Assembly (NCBI GenBank): GCA_964252035.1
Contig: OZ176203.1
Direction: 5' to 3' (one strand)
Length of the DNA: 64,000 bases
Source of the DNA: Podarcis erhardii
Lineage: Eukaryota
Shown here: one piece after another, positions 1 to 10,705 of the stretch
How positions within the stretch are numbered: the stretch's first letter is position 1
Layout: each line of letters starts with the position of its first letter
Translations under genes and position numbers: made by a program
The notes under the pieces: generated by a model
Databases searched by the model: none
What the model was told of the DNA's origin: nothing
What the model saw: the letters and a program-made list of their open reading frames with translations, nothing else

Positions 1-33
1 CTGACGTAACCTCATTGGAAAACACTGTGCTTG

Positions 34-983
34 TCTGGACAAGATATAAAGACTTACTTGAAAATAAAACCCCAAGGTGGCTATCACCTACGGAAGCGAA
101 GGCTCTGAAAAAACTCAATATGGAGGCCAACTGGCCAAAATATTGGGAGATTTTGGAACAGGAGGGTGACAAATTGAAATTGCAGAGTTTTGAGAAACTT
201 AAGGATAAAGTGCGAGACTGGCTTCATTATTTTCAAATAAGGGAGGCTTACAATTTAGATAAAAAAATTGGCTTCCAAATGGAAAAATCAAAATTAGAAA
301 CAGAACTGTTAGAACCCAAAGCTAAGATACTATCAAGAATGTATAACCTGCTGTTGAAATGGAATACTGAGGATGAAACGATAAAATCTGCTATGATAAA
401 ATGGGCACAAGATATCGGACATGACATTATGTTTGCTGACTGGGAACAGTTGTGGACCACAGGTATGAAATTTACGGCATGTAATGCCTTAAGAGAGAAT
501 ATTATGAAAATGATATACAGGTGGTACATGACTCCAGTCTAGCTCGCAAAAATCTATCATTTGACCAATAATAAATGTTGGAAATGTAAAGAGACTGAAG
601 GTACATTCTTTCACCTTTGGTGGACATGCCCAAGGATTAAGGCTTTCTGGGAGATGATCTATAATGAAATGAAAAAGGTATTTAAATATACTTTCTTGAA
701 GAAACCAGAGGCTTTTCTCCTGGGCATGGTCGGCCAATTGGTGCCAAAGAAGGATAGAACTTTCTTTATGTACGCTACAGCAGCAGCAAGAATACTCATT
801 GAAAAGCATTGGAAGACACAAGACCTACCCACCTTGGAAGAATGGCAGATGCAAGTAATGGACTACATGGAATTGGCGGAAATGACTGGCAGAATCAGAG
901 ACCAGGGAGAAGAGTTGGTGGAAGAAGACTGGAAGAAATTTAAAATCTATCTACAGAAACACTGTAAAATTATTGAATGTTAA
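34..983 (+). pseudogene. L1 ORF2 C-terminal fragment interrupted by one nonsense codon
   Basis: ORFs 15..542 and 561..983 are in the same frame, separated by TAG at 540-542. The copy at 32.7 kb has AAG (K) at this position (TPVKLAKIYH). Confidence 0.85.
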
Positions 984-1339
984 TGACGTTGGAATGAAAC
1001 GAAGTGGTTCTAGTAATAAGGTAAAACAAGAATATGCAAGAGTGGATTGATATTAGATGAAAATTTGAAGTTATAATATGTGAGGTTAAATAATTAAGGG
1101 TAAACTAAGAGGGTATGAATTTGCTGAACAAATTTTTAAATGGAATACAAAAAAGGGAGGTGTGAGGAAGTCAGGAAAACAAGTAAATGAGCGGTAAGAT
1201 ATCAGAAAGAGGGTTTTTTAATTTTTATTTTTTATTTTTATGTTTAATTTTGGTTTTTGTATTTTTGTATTGTATCTTTTTTTACTGTTTTGTAACCCTT
1301 TTCTTGTTAAAAATTTAATAAATATTATATATAAAAAAA
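34..1339 (+). mobile_element. 5'-truncated L1-clade LINE (3' ORF2 + 3'UTR + A-rich tail) with 17-bp TSD
   Basis: ORF2 C-terminus with zinc knuckle CWKCKETEGTFFHLWWTCP. AATAAA and A-rich tail at about 1317-1339. TSD GGAAAACACTGTGCTTG at 17-33 and 1340-1356. Confidence 0.93.
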
Positions 1340-1478
1340 GGAAAACACTGTGCTTGAAGTGAGAGTGAGTGAAAGGAAAGTTCTAGATCGAGGTGTGTGA
1401 GATGTATCATGGCTCACTTACACATGCAGGTCACCTAGAAAGCGTTGCAGGTGCCAAGTGTTCGTGTGAATCATCCCA

Positions 1479-1480
<2 letters not shown>

Positions 1481-1514
<34 letters not shown>
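1481..1514. repeat. (GT)n microsatellite
   Basis: Direct reading of a perfect GT run. Confidence 0.98.
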
Positions 1515-1515
<1 letters not shown>

Positions 1516-2527
1516 GACACAGATCAGCACTTCCAACCTTATGCTTACTCAGAGGAGGCAGATGTGAGCAGCTGTCGACTGCTTTGGTATCTGCATGTCT
1601 TGCATTTTACGCTTATCAAAACAGGTTTGTGTATATGAGTGTGTGTTTATCCTGTGCAACATTTCTATACATTTGTGGAGGATTAAATTAAATCCAGGAA
1701 TGCACAGAAAACTCTAGCGCTGGATTCTCAGATGTAAATTCAACCGCAGTCTATTCTGTTTAAGGTCACCATCCAAACCTTCTTTACAAATGAGATTGTT
1801 ATCAGTTCAGCTTTCTCGTGGGCTGATAGAAATGTTCGGACAACTTTGGACAACTGTTATAAAACCGCAGGTCAAGCTAATATTGAGGTGGGTTAATTTG
1901 AATCGTCATAACTAACCTGTGTTCTTAAACATGCCTTTCAAACAACCTTTCTTGTGTGTTACTTTCTTCTGACAACCCTCACTTGCTATTTGACAAACCT
2001 GTTTTCCTAGAATATTCTAGAGGCCTCTCTTTTTCTGCCTCTTTGGTATATTATTGCATGGAGTGAGACAGAGAGATGTTGGGTTGAGAAAAACTAAATG
2101 ACTTTGAGAAAGGCATTGAAGTTCTAATAAATCACCAGTCCGATAGAACAGCCAGTAAGAGTGTTGACTCATACACAACCACAGGGTTGACAAATTAATA
2201 AGAAAGAGAGCCTCTTCCCTAGTGTGGGAAGACCAAATAATAATAAGAAATTAGGGGTGGAGGGGAATTCTTTAAGGAAATAGAACTAAGTTGCGCTTCC
2301 GCAACGAATGTGCGGATTGCAGTGTAATTAAGGTATCATGTGGACTTCGTACTTCTCCGAATTTTGCAATTGAGTGCTGAGTTCAAATTATGAAAGGAAT
2401 TGTAGAAAAACAACCTTATGGGGTAAAATTGTGTATTTTGGGGTAAAGTATGTTTAGACATGTGTACCTGAGAAAACTGATATATGATCCATAGATTGAT
2501 GAAGAAATGGAACAGGACTAATTTAAG

Positions 2528-2685
2528 AAACAACACGATGTTAAATTGATACAGCTCAGAAATCATATGAGCTGAGCATCGCTAGGGGAAATTATGGAGA
2601 AATTAAACAACACGATGTTAAATTGATACAGCTCAGAAATCATATGAGCTGAGCATCGCTAGGGGAAATTATGGAGAAATTAAAC
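2528..2685. repeat. Exact 77-bp tandem duplication
   Basis: AAACAACACGATG...GGAGAAATT starts at 2528 and again at 2605, followed by AAAC microhomology. Confidence 0.95.
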
Positions 2686-2939
2686 TTTGGAAGTGACAAG
2701 TTGAACTAATTCTGAAAATGAGAAAAGGTCCCTAAACTTCTAGTTGTTCTTCTGATACTGGACTTTGAATAAAGTGCCTTTATATTCTGTTCATATGTTT
2801 TATAAGGAGCAGATGAGCTGCCCAGAACTACCCACTTCTCTGTGCAATGGAAAATTCCAGGGCCGCTTCATCATCAGTTTCCTTTGGAGTAGGAGACAGT
2901 AGTGACTTAAGACACTCTGTTTGCAAATGTACAGGTTCG

Positions 2940-3275
2940 GCAGGTAGCAATCAAAATGATCAAGAGGTTGGAGCACCTCGCCTGTGAAGAAATGCTAAAA
3001 CATTTGGAACTCTTTAATTTTAACATCAGGACGTCAACTAAGGGAGATACGTTGGGGAAGCAATTTGTTTATTTTTCTCTGTCATAATACTTAAGAAATC
3101 AGGCGAGGAAATTCATTGGCGGTAGAGTTAGGACAGACAACAGAATGTAGTTCCGCAATCAGCATATAATTAACTTGTGGAATTCACTGCCACAAGATAC
3201 TGTGATGGCTTCTTATTCAGATGACTTTAAAAGTGGATAAGTGGATTAGAAAGGGACAGGTCTATCAATTGGTTA
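2940..3275 (+). mobile_element. Degenerate CR1 LINE 3' end
   Basis: CR1-typical 3' motifs: aaaatgatcaagaggttggagcacc, aacttgtggaattcactgccacaagat..gtgatgg. Confidence 0.75.
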
Positions 3276-3689
3276 TCATTGGAAACAGGATTTATTTTAA
3301 TTATTTTGGATGAAACTCTAGCAGCAATCTTCCCCTGTTGTCTGCTCCACTGTAGAAATTTAGTTTGTAACTCGTTGCCTGATTGTCTAAGTAGTTTACC
3401 TCATAATGCCTTACTGTGTGTATAATGCTATACATACTACTAATGCCACTACTATTGATCTTCTGGTGTTATCGTTTAAATTTCGGTGGTTTGAAACTTT
3501 GAGATTTAGTTTTTTAATGTATGCATTTGCCGCATTTGTGAGCCACCTTTTAATGAATCGTAAACTCAAAGCAACGTACAAACCAAACAGTAAAACCAAC
3601 ATAAACCTAAAAGGAAAGCTAAAAGCTTTCATATCCATTAAAAAAAATCAGTCAAACATATCCCGTCCACTAAAGGAGGCTGTAATATC

Positions 3690-3830
3690 GAAAACTCTCC
3701 AAGGTGAAGGCCAAAAGCCTGGCTGGAAACATATCTGCCTGGCACCATAGAGTAGCCAATGTTTCTCCCAGGGGAAAACATTCCATAAGCAGGGGGCCAC
3801 CACTGAAAAGGACCTTTCTTGTGTTACCAC
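3690..3830 (-). mobile_element. L2 LINE 3' fragment
   Basis: Minus-strand peptide RSFSVVAPCLWNVFP matches the L2 ORF2 C-terminal motif RAFSVVAPxLWNxLP. Confidence 0.7.
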
Positions 3831-4055
3831 CCACTACAGCTCTGTCAGAGAGGGTACATGGAGAAGGACCTCAGATGACGAATGAGGAGTCCAGGTTGGT
3901 TCATGCGGGAAGAGGCAGTCCTTGAGGGACTGGGATGCTGAGCTACATAATTTATATACTTTAAATTTCGTATACTGTCTGTGCTTATCATTATAACCCA
4001 CTTTGAGACCTTTGGGGGAAAGCATAGGTTGGTTTTTTATTTAAAAAAACCTACT

Positions 4056-4121
4056 TTATTATTACTTTATATTATTTTCATCCAAAGCTTATTATTACTT
4101 TATATTATTTTCATCCAAAGC
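4056..4121. repeat. Exact 33-bp tandem duplication
   Basis: TTATTATTACTTTATATTATTTTCATCCAAAGC x2 (4056, 4089). Confidence 0.95.
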
Positions 4122-5234
4122 AAACAGGTTCCATTTCACCTGTACAATTTGCTCCAAATACCAACTGCCGAACGTCACTGCTTTCAAAATCACCCCCCTG
4201 GGCAGAAAGTACTTGCCTGGGATACACCACAACAAAAACATTTGGAGACACATTAGAACTACATTTGTCACGGTGATGTTCCATGAGCATTTCTCAAATG
4301 CGGATCCCTTGCTGAGTGCTGCTGCCGGCAGGGCCCAGAGGTCAAGGAAGGTAAGCAAACCTGACTTGGGCAGCCTCCGTTCTCCCATCCGAGTTTGTCG
4401 CTTGAGGTGGTCAGTAACCTTTCGCATCGCCTCAAAGTCTTGTGACTTCGGAGGAATGCTGCCTTGTCTAGGAAAGGTAGGCTGGTGGCGTTTCACAACC
4501 CAAGCTGGGCGGAAATCTCAGGAAAGAGATACCTTCTTTGCACCAAAACAAAACAAGACAAAAACTGCTGGAGGGGGTTAGCTGCTGAATATACACACAG
4601 CCTGTCTTCTGTCGGTAACACTGGCTGCCTTAACTGAAGGGAGCAATTCAGTTCAAGGGTTTTATGGCGCTGTAAGGCCAAAGTCCAACATACTTTGAAA
4701 GCACCTTATCTGTTATGAACTCCCCACTGTTGCCGCCACCATCCTGTGCAGCAGCAGGGATCGTTCCATTTGCAGCTTAAGGGTCAATTTTGCAAGGGGG
4801 TGATTCTATGGCAAGATCCACTGGAACAAGCAGTTTAGGATGCAGTGGGTCTCTGACTCGTGTGACTCATTCCCAACTCAGCTGGGCTCAGCTAGCGATA
4901 TATCAGTCCCCAGTCCTGGTTCAGATGAAAATGTACACCAGAGTAACTTGCATATTCCAGCTGAGCTAATGCCAGCGTAATTGTCCCAAAAGGGGTGTTC
5001 CAGGGTTGTAGTCTTGGTGGGACCAGAGTAGAGAGACTTATGTTGCATCCTCAGCCAGTTCAACTTGGTCACATGACCCGGCAACCCAGTGTTGAACACC
5101 ATTTTAATGGCTTGCTTAACTTCTGCTAGGTTTAGGCAGAGGATGGGATTTGGATCTGGTGTAGCTTTCTGCCACACTAACTTACACTTACCCCAGGTGT
5201 TGCCCCCTCAGTGTTAAAGTTAACTAGCCAAGAG

Positions 5235-5249
5235 GGTTGCCTAGCAACC
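5235..5249. promoter_or_regulatory. RFX X-box-like palindrome
   Basis: GGTTGCCTAGCAACC matches the RFX consensus GTTGCC(N0-3)RGYAAC. Motif match only. Confidence 0.4.
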
Positions 5250-6369
5250 AAGCAGTGTCATGATCTTGACGGAGATAGCACATAGCTCAATTGGCTTTGT
5301 AGTTCCGAGGCAGTTTTCCTCTGTATGTTTGGTTGAATGTCTCCCTGCTATGTACAAGGCCTGAACTAAGAAAGACAAAGTCCCTTTGTTCCATTCACCT
5401 CCAATGTTTTTGTTCAGCTTACTTAGTAAAGTAATTACTTTTCTCTCTGGATTCCATTTGCATTATTTAAGGGACCTTGCTAACACCCTTAAGATCTGTG
5501 CAGGAGGCTGCCTTGATGGGTGACATTGAATCCACAGCTAGAGCACACAGACCAGGGTTGTTATTTCCTGCTAGATGTTGCACCACAATTGTGGGATCCT
5601 TTTCTCCTTCTGACAGGCCTTTTCCTTTGTCAGAAGGCAGACACGGTGGAATCTTTAATCTCTGGATTATTTTTATTGGAAAATTGCTGGTGCATTTTGA
5701 TGCTATTAATACATGCAGTTTGCCTACTGCTGCTTCTGGGAGTGCACCTTCGCCATGTCCAAGTTCGACTCAAATGTATGAAGAGACAACAGACCTCCCA
5801 CAGGTCCATGTCCTGTCCAATATGTGGCTTGGCTTGCTCTGTGCTATAATGCTGGCCTCAATTATGAAGTAAACTTCAAGCCCCATGCTTTGAACTTCAG
5901 ATGTAAACAAAAAACCCTTTTCGGACATCTAGTATGAGCTACGTGTGCACCAAAGGCTCACTTTCTGGCTGGCCTGAAAGTACCTTAGCCATTACTGGGG
6001 TACAGGTCATGCTTATTTTGAGGGATATCAACATAAAAGTCCTATTTTCAGGTTTTCCTTGCAATAAGTGTGTCTTTGCCTATATATGTACCAAAAAAGC
6101 AAGTTTCTAATTCATATGCAAATACCTTAACATGGCTATCTCTTATGAATGAATAAGGCTGAAGTCTTAAATACCAGCCTTGTGGAAACTCCAGGCCTGG
6201 CATAATTAGGCTAATGGGGGTCCCAAGGCTGTTTTCCCCAAACATGGACACCTGCCCCACAGGAAGGTAAAGATGCACAGTAGCTACAAAGGAACTCTCA
6301 TTTGTTGCTTAGCAAATGTGGCTCACCAACAACACAGCCTTTCAGAGTTGTCCCTTTGTAAGCATGGTT

Positions 6370-6706
6370 AGGACGCGGGTGGCGCTGTGGTCTAAACCAC
6401 AGAGCCTAGGACTTGCTGATCAGAAGGTCGGCGGTTCGAATCCCCGCGACGGAGTGAGCTCCCGTTGTTCGGTCCCTGCTCCTGCCAACCTAGCAGTTCG
6501 AAAGCACGTCAAAGTGCAAGTAGATAAATAGGGAAGGTAAACGGCGTTTCCGTGCGCTGCTCTGGTTTGCCAGAAGCGGCTTAGTCTTGCTGGCCACATG
6601 ACCCGGAAGCTGTACGCCGGCTCCCTCGGCCAATAAAGCGAGATGAGCACTGCAACCCCAGAGTCATCCACAACTGGACCTAACGGTCAGGGGTCCCTTT
6701 GCACTT
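6370..6706 (+). mobile_element. Sauria SINE (full length)
   Basis: tRNA-derived head GGACGCGGGTGGCGCTGTGG...GGTTCGAATCCC and BovB-like tail ...CAGGGGTCCCTTT. TSD TAAGCATGGTT at 6359-6369 and 6707-6717. Confidence 0.92.
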
Positions 6707-7307
6707 TAAGCATGGTTTGGATTCATCAAACCACACCTGCAAATGGAGAAAGCAAGGCTCGCCGTCAGCAGCAATTGACTGATCAACTTAAAGTTGTCAG
6801 CTGATGTCATAATGATATCAGGTGACTGGCAAGTGGATGGTCCTGTTTGCCTGTCGAGTGGCCAGTGGGGGAGGTCAGTTCCCCACCGTGGCCATAGTTG
6901 CTGCCCACCTGTTCTCCACCGCAAATGCCCTCCCACCCCCAGGCCGATTTCTCCAGTAACCAGGCTCACTTCCGAATCTAGAAATATTTCATCCTAGTTA
7001 CTTCTCCCTTGTGAAATGATACCAAGTATTTTTCTATCTCTGCACCTTTTGGTGTTAATAGGCCAGCAGTCACTTGCACTCTTTACTGAGATTCCATGTG
7101 GCCAGAAAGGAAAGAATGAAATGAATGTAAGGTCAGCTGAGGCAAGGGACATAATGATGCACTTGCTCTCATGCCTTTGAAACAAGCGCTTAGCCACAGA
7201 ATGCAATGAGGTTGCAACACACAGGGCTGCCTAACTGCATCTTACAACATAATGGGGACTCCACGGTAGGTGCCTAACACATTTATAATGTATGGTGTTT
7301 GGGAAAT

Positions 7308-7545
7308 GAAGAAGAGTTTGGATTTGATATCCCACTTTATCACTACCTGAAGAAGTGTCAAAGGGGCTAACATTCTCCTTTCCCTTCCTCCCCCATAATA
7401 AACACTCTGTGAGGTGAGTGGGGCTGAGAGACTTCAGAGAAGTGTGACTAGCCCAAGGTCACCCAGCAGCTGCATGTGGAGGAGCGGAGACGCGAACCCG
7501 GTTCCCCAGATTACGAGTCCACCGCTCTTAACCACTACACCACAC
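7308..7545 (-). mobile_element. Squam3-type tRNA/CORE SINE
   Basis: Reverse complement reads GTGTGGTGTAGTGGTTAAGAGCGGTGGACTCGTAATCTGGGGAACCGGGTTCG...GGTGACCTTGGGCTAGTCAC...ATCAAATCCAAACTCTTCTTC. Confidence 0.85.
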
Positions 7546-7619
7546 AGGGCACTCAGAAGTAAATCCCACTGAACTTGGTGGAACTTAGGCTACAATCCTA
7601 TACACGCTTATCTGGGATG

Positions 7620-8000
7620 CCTGGGTAAAGTGGTGCTGAACCAGTTCTGGGTGGAATGGCACTCCTCCTGAAGGATCAGGTTCGTGCTCTTAGATCCATT
7701 GATGTCACTGGAGGCATTTTGACTCCATGGAGAGGAATGCCTTCTACCAGCTTCAGTTGATGGTCCAGCTCAATCCCTATATTGATGTGGCTTTGGTAGC
7801 CACTTTGGGTAACCTCAGCTTTAGATGAATGAAACGAGGCTGCCTTTGAAACAGCTGCTGGTGCAGAACTCAGTGGTGAGACTGACCATGGGTACCAGAT
7901 GGGTCAGGATGTATTGCACTAATTCTGGCCCATCTGCAGTGGCCTGCGATACATTTTTGAATCCAACCGAAAGTGCTGCTTTTAACCTGTACAGCACAGG
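7620..8000 (+). mobile_element. Old degenerate L2 LINE ORF2 fragment
   Basis: Frameshifted peptides PVLGGMALLLKDQVR, LLDPLMSLEA, NAFYQLQL, LPLKQLLVQNSVVRL resemble the L2 post-RT region. Confidence 0.7.
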
Positions 8001-8276
8001 ACCTCTTGAGATCTTGAAAATCATTTGTACGATCACTTGCAATAGATTATTATGATTTATTTATTTTTACATTGCGTATGTCATTCTTTGCGTTGGACCT
8101 GTGCAATTTCTGTCATCATCAGTCACCTTGAGACAGTTTGCATAGTAAGTCAGTTAGTAAGTGAAATGACGAGATAAAACAATAAATAACAGGTACACAC
8201 AAGGGAAGGTTTTAGTTTAGAAGAGAGTAGAGAACCTGTTCCCTTCCAGATGTTTCTGGACTACAATTCCCATGAT

Positions 8277-8482
8277 CCCATGATTCAGAAACTACAACTA
8301 ATCCAGAATGCGGCAGCAAGACTGGTGACTTGGAGTGGCCACTGGGACCATATTACACTGGTCCTAAAGGATCTTCACTGGCTCCCAGTACGTTTCCGAG
8401 CACAATTCAAAGTGTTGGTGGTGACCTTCAAAGCCCTAAATGGCCTTGGTCCAGTATACCTGAAGGAGCATCTCCACCCCCA
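8277..8482 (+). mobile_element. L2 LINE ORF2 fragment
   Basis: IQKLQLIQNAAARLVT...LHWLPVRFRAQFKVLVVTFKALNGLGPVYLKEHL. Confidence 0.9.
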
Positions 8483-8484
8483 TC

Positions 8485-8598
8485 TTGTCTTTAAACCTCT
8501 TTTATTGTCGACCAGTATTTTGCTTCCCATTCTTAAGTTGGGAATAGAGCAGTTGCTTTGGAAGACAGTAATCAGGTATGCAAACCACATGAACAGTA
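8485..8598 (-). mobile_element. RTE LINE ORF2 fragment
   Basis: Minus strand reads HVVCIPDYCLPKQLLYSQLKNGKQNTGRQ*KRFKD, homologous to the RTE copy at 42.2 kb. Confidence 0.8.
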
Positions 8599-8679
8599 GG
8601 AGTTATGCATCAGAGCTAGTAACAGGCTGGAAAGTGAGTCAGAGAGCAACGTTTGAGAGCAGTGGTGGGGGTCTGCTTA

Positions 8680-8905
8680 AATTAAAGGCTGCTGTGGCTA
8701 TGGAAGAAGCTGGAGCTACTTGGGGTATGAATGCTGTGCACCCCACATCATAGGTTCAGGTTGTATAGATGTGTAAATAAACCATATATCATAAAGACAC
8801 CACAGTCTCTGCTGTGTCTCATTTTGTAAAAGGAAACGCCGACCATGGGCAAAGTGTGCCTGAAACTCCCTTGAATCTCACACCGCTCAGAGATGAGGGT
8901 AGTGT
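8680..8905 (+). mobile_element. LTR-like repeat, 3' portion (copy 1)
   Basis: Shares GTAAATAAACCAYATATCATAAAGACACCACA (30/31 identity) and downstream motifs with 10495-10705. Contains an AATAAA. Confidence 0.5.
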
Positions 8906-9957
8906 TTAATCATGTTATACGATTACGTCTCTCGGGTTATGTTGCAAAGACTAATCTGCTTTACAATAAATGAAACTGAACGGTGAAATTGCATAACCAG
9001 GAGTGCTGGGAAACATATGGTGAAACGTTTGCCGCAAATGCAAATGCAACTGGCACACTGACTGTCAGTATTTAATGGAAGGGAGGTAGAAACAACGGCC
9101 CGGGATCTTGAAAAATCCTCGCCTCCTCTCTTTTCCCGGGAAAGCTCGAATCATTTTCTGTGGTGGACATCCTTTGTTGTGGGCCTTTCTCTAAAGAATA
9201 AGAATAATGGCAATGCTTCCTTCGCCAGCAGGTTCCAGGGTGGGTTGCAATAATTTAAAACTCAGTATTAAAAACAGATTAAACAAATTATAGCCATAGG
9301 AATAGGACAGGGCCTGAAAACACACATCTGCCAGGGTGTCAAAGGCCTGCTAAAGAAGTGTGTCTTCAGCATTCGCTGAAAACTATATATTGAAGAAGCC
9401 AGATGTGCCTCTTTGGGGAAGGAAATCCACAATTTGGGGGCTTCTGAGGGTTGCATAACTTGACACCTGATCTTGACACCTGAAAGGGATTGTTCCCTAA
9501 CAAATGCAATCAATTGATTAAAAATATATGGCCTTTCTCTTTAAATAAATGCCCACCAAGCTTACCCAAAATAACAACAACAAAAAACCACATTTATACA
9601 AAGTCGCTTTTTCAAAAATCACGGTTTACACCAGACCTAGTCGAAAAATATTATTCTTAATTACAACCCAGAAAAGGTTTTGGTAAATAAAGTACAGGCC
9701 ACGGGGTGCTGTGTTATACTGAGTCCAACCATTGGTCCTTTTGCAGGTCCTCTTCAGCCTAGCCTCTAAAAGATATTGTTGTGAGTTTGTGGGGTGCAAG
9801 ACACCCTAAATTCCTGGGTCCAATGAAAGTTAGAATGAACCAAGGTTTGGGGAGTTAAATTATTCCAGGCACGGTTAAGCTTAGGTTAACAAGCCAAGCC
9901 AGCCTGGTGACACCTAATTGTGTGTGGTTGATTAGAGGGACAAAGACCAGTGAAATA

Positions 9958-10285
9958 CAGTGGTGCCCTGCAAGACGAATGCCTCGCAAGACGGAAAACT
10001 CGCTAGACAAAAGAGTTTTCCATTTTGGAGGTGCTTCGCAAAACGAATTTCCTATGGGCTTGCTTCGCAAGACGAAAATGTCTTGCAAGTTCCTGCGGGT
10101 TCCCCCCCCCCTTTTTCTAAGCTGCTAAGCTGCTTATCTGCTTATCCACTAAGCCGATAAGCCACTAAAAGCCGCTAAAAGCGCTAATCCGCTAAGCCAT
10201 CAATGGGCTTGCTTCGCAAGATGAAAAAAACGCTAGACGAAGAGACTCGCGGAACGGATTCTTTTCGTCTTGCGAGGCACCACTG
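9958..10285. mobile_element. Tc1/mariner (Tigger/pogo-like) MITE, 328 bp
   Basis: TIRs CAGTGGTGCCCTGCAAGACGAA / TTCGTCTTGCGAGGCACCACTG. TA TSD at 9956-9957 and 10286-10287. Confidence 0.9.
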
Positions 10286-10494
10286 TAAAGCTATTGAGAG
10301 GGTGAAGACGGGGCGAGACCCTTCTTCCAGCTGTGTGTAAGCAGGCAGAAGCAAAAAGGGTTTAGGATTTCAGTTTGGATGATGTTAGGCTGGAGGGATA
10401 AAGTTTCACTGGGTTAGCGGACAAGGAAGAAGGAGGGAGCCGAAGAGCAGCTTGTGGGTTGGCAAAGAGACAGAGAGCATGGCCGATTTCTCTG

Positions 10495-10705
10495 TTCCCA
10501 AGCCTGCTGCTCCCATGGGAGAAGCAAGAGACCCTCTTGGAACATGAATGCTCTGAACTCTCTCCCTCTGGACACAGGTTGCGTAAATAAACCACATATC
10601 ATAAAGACACCACAATCTCCACTGTGCCTTATTTCGATAGGAAACACAGACCCGGGTAATGTGCGCCTGGAATCTCACACCACTCATGGAGATTGGGGTG
10701 GTGTG
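10495..10705 (+). mobile_element. LTR-like repeat, 3' portion (copy 2)
   Basis: Diverged direct repeat of 8680-8905. May extend upstream to about 9712 (TGTTATACTGAG) across the MITE. Confidence 0.5.
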
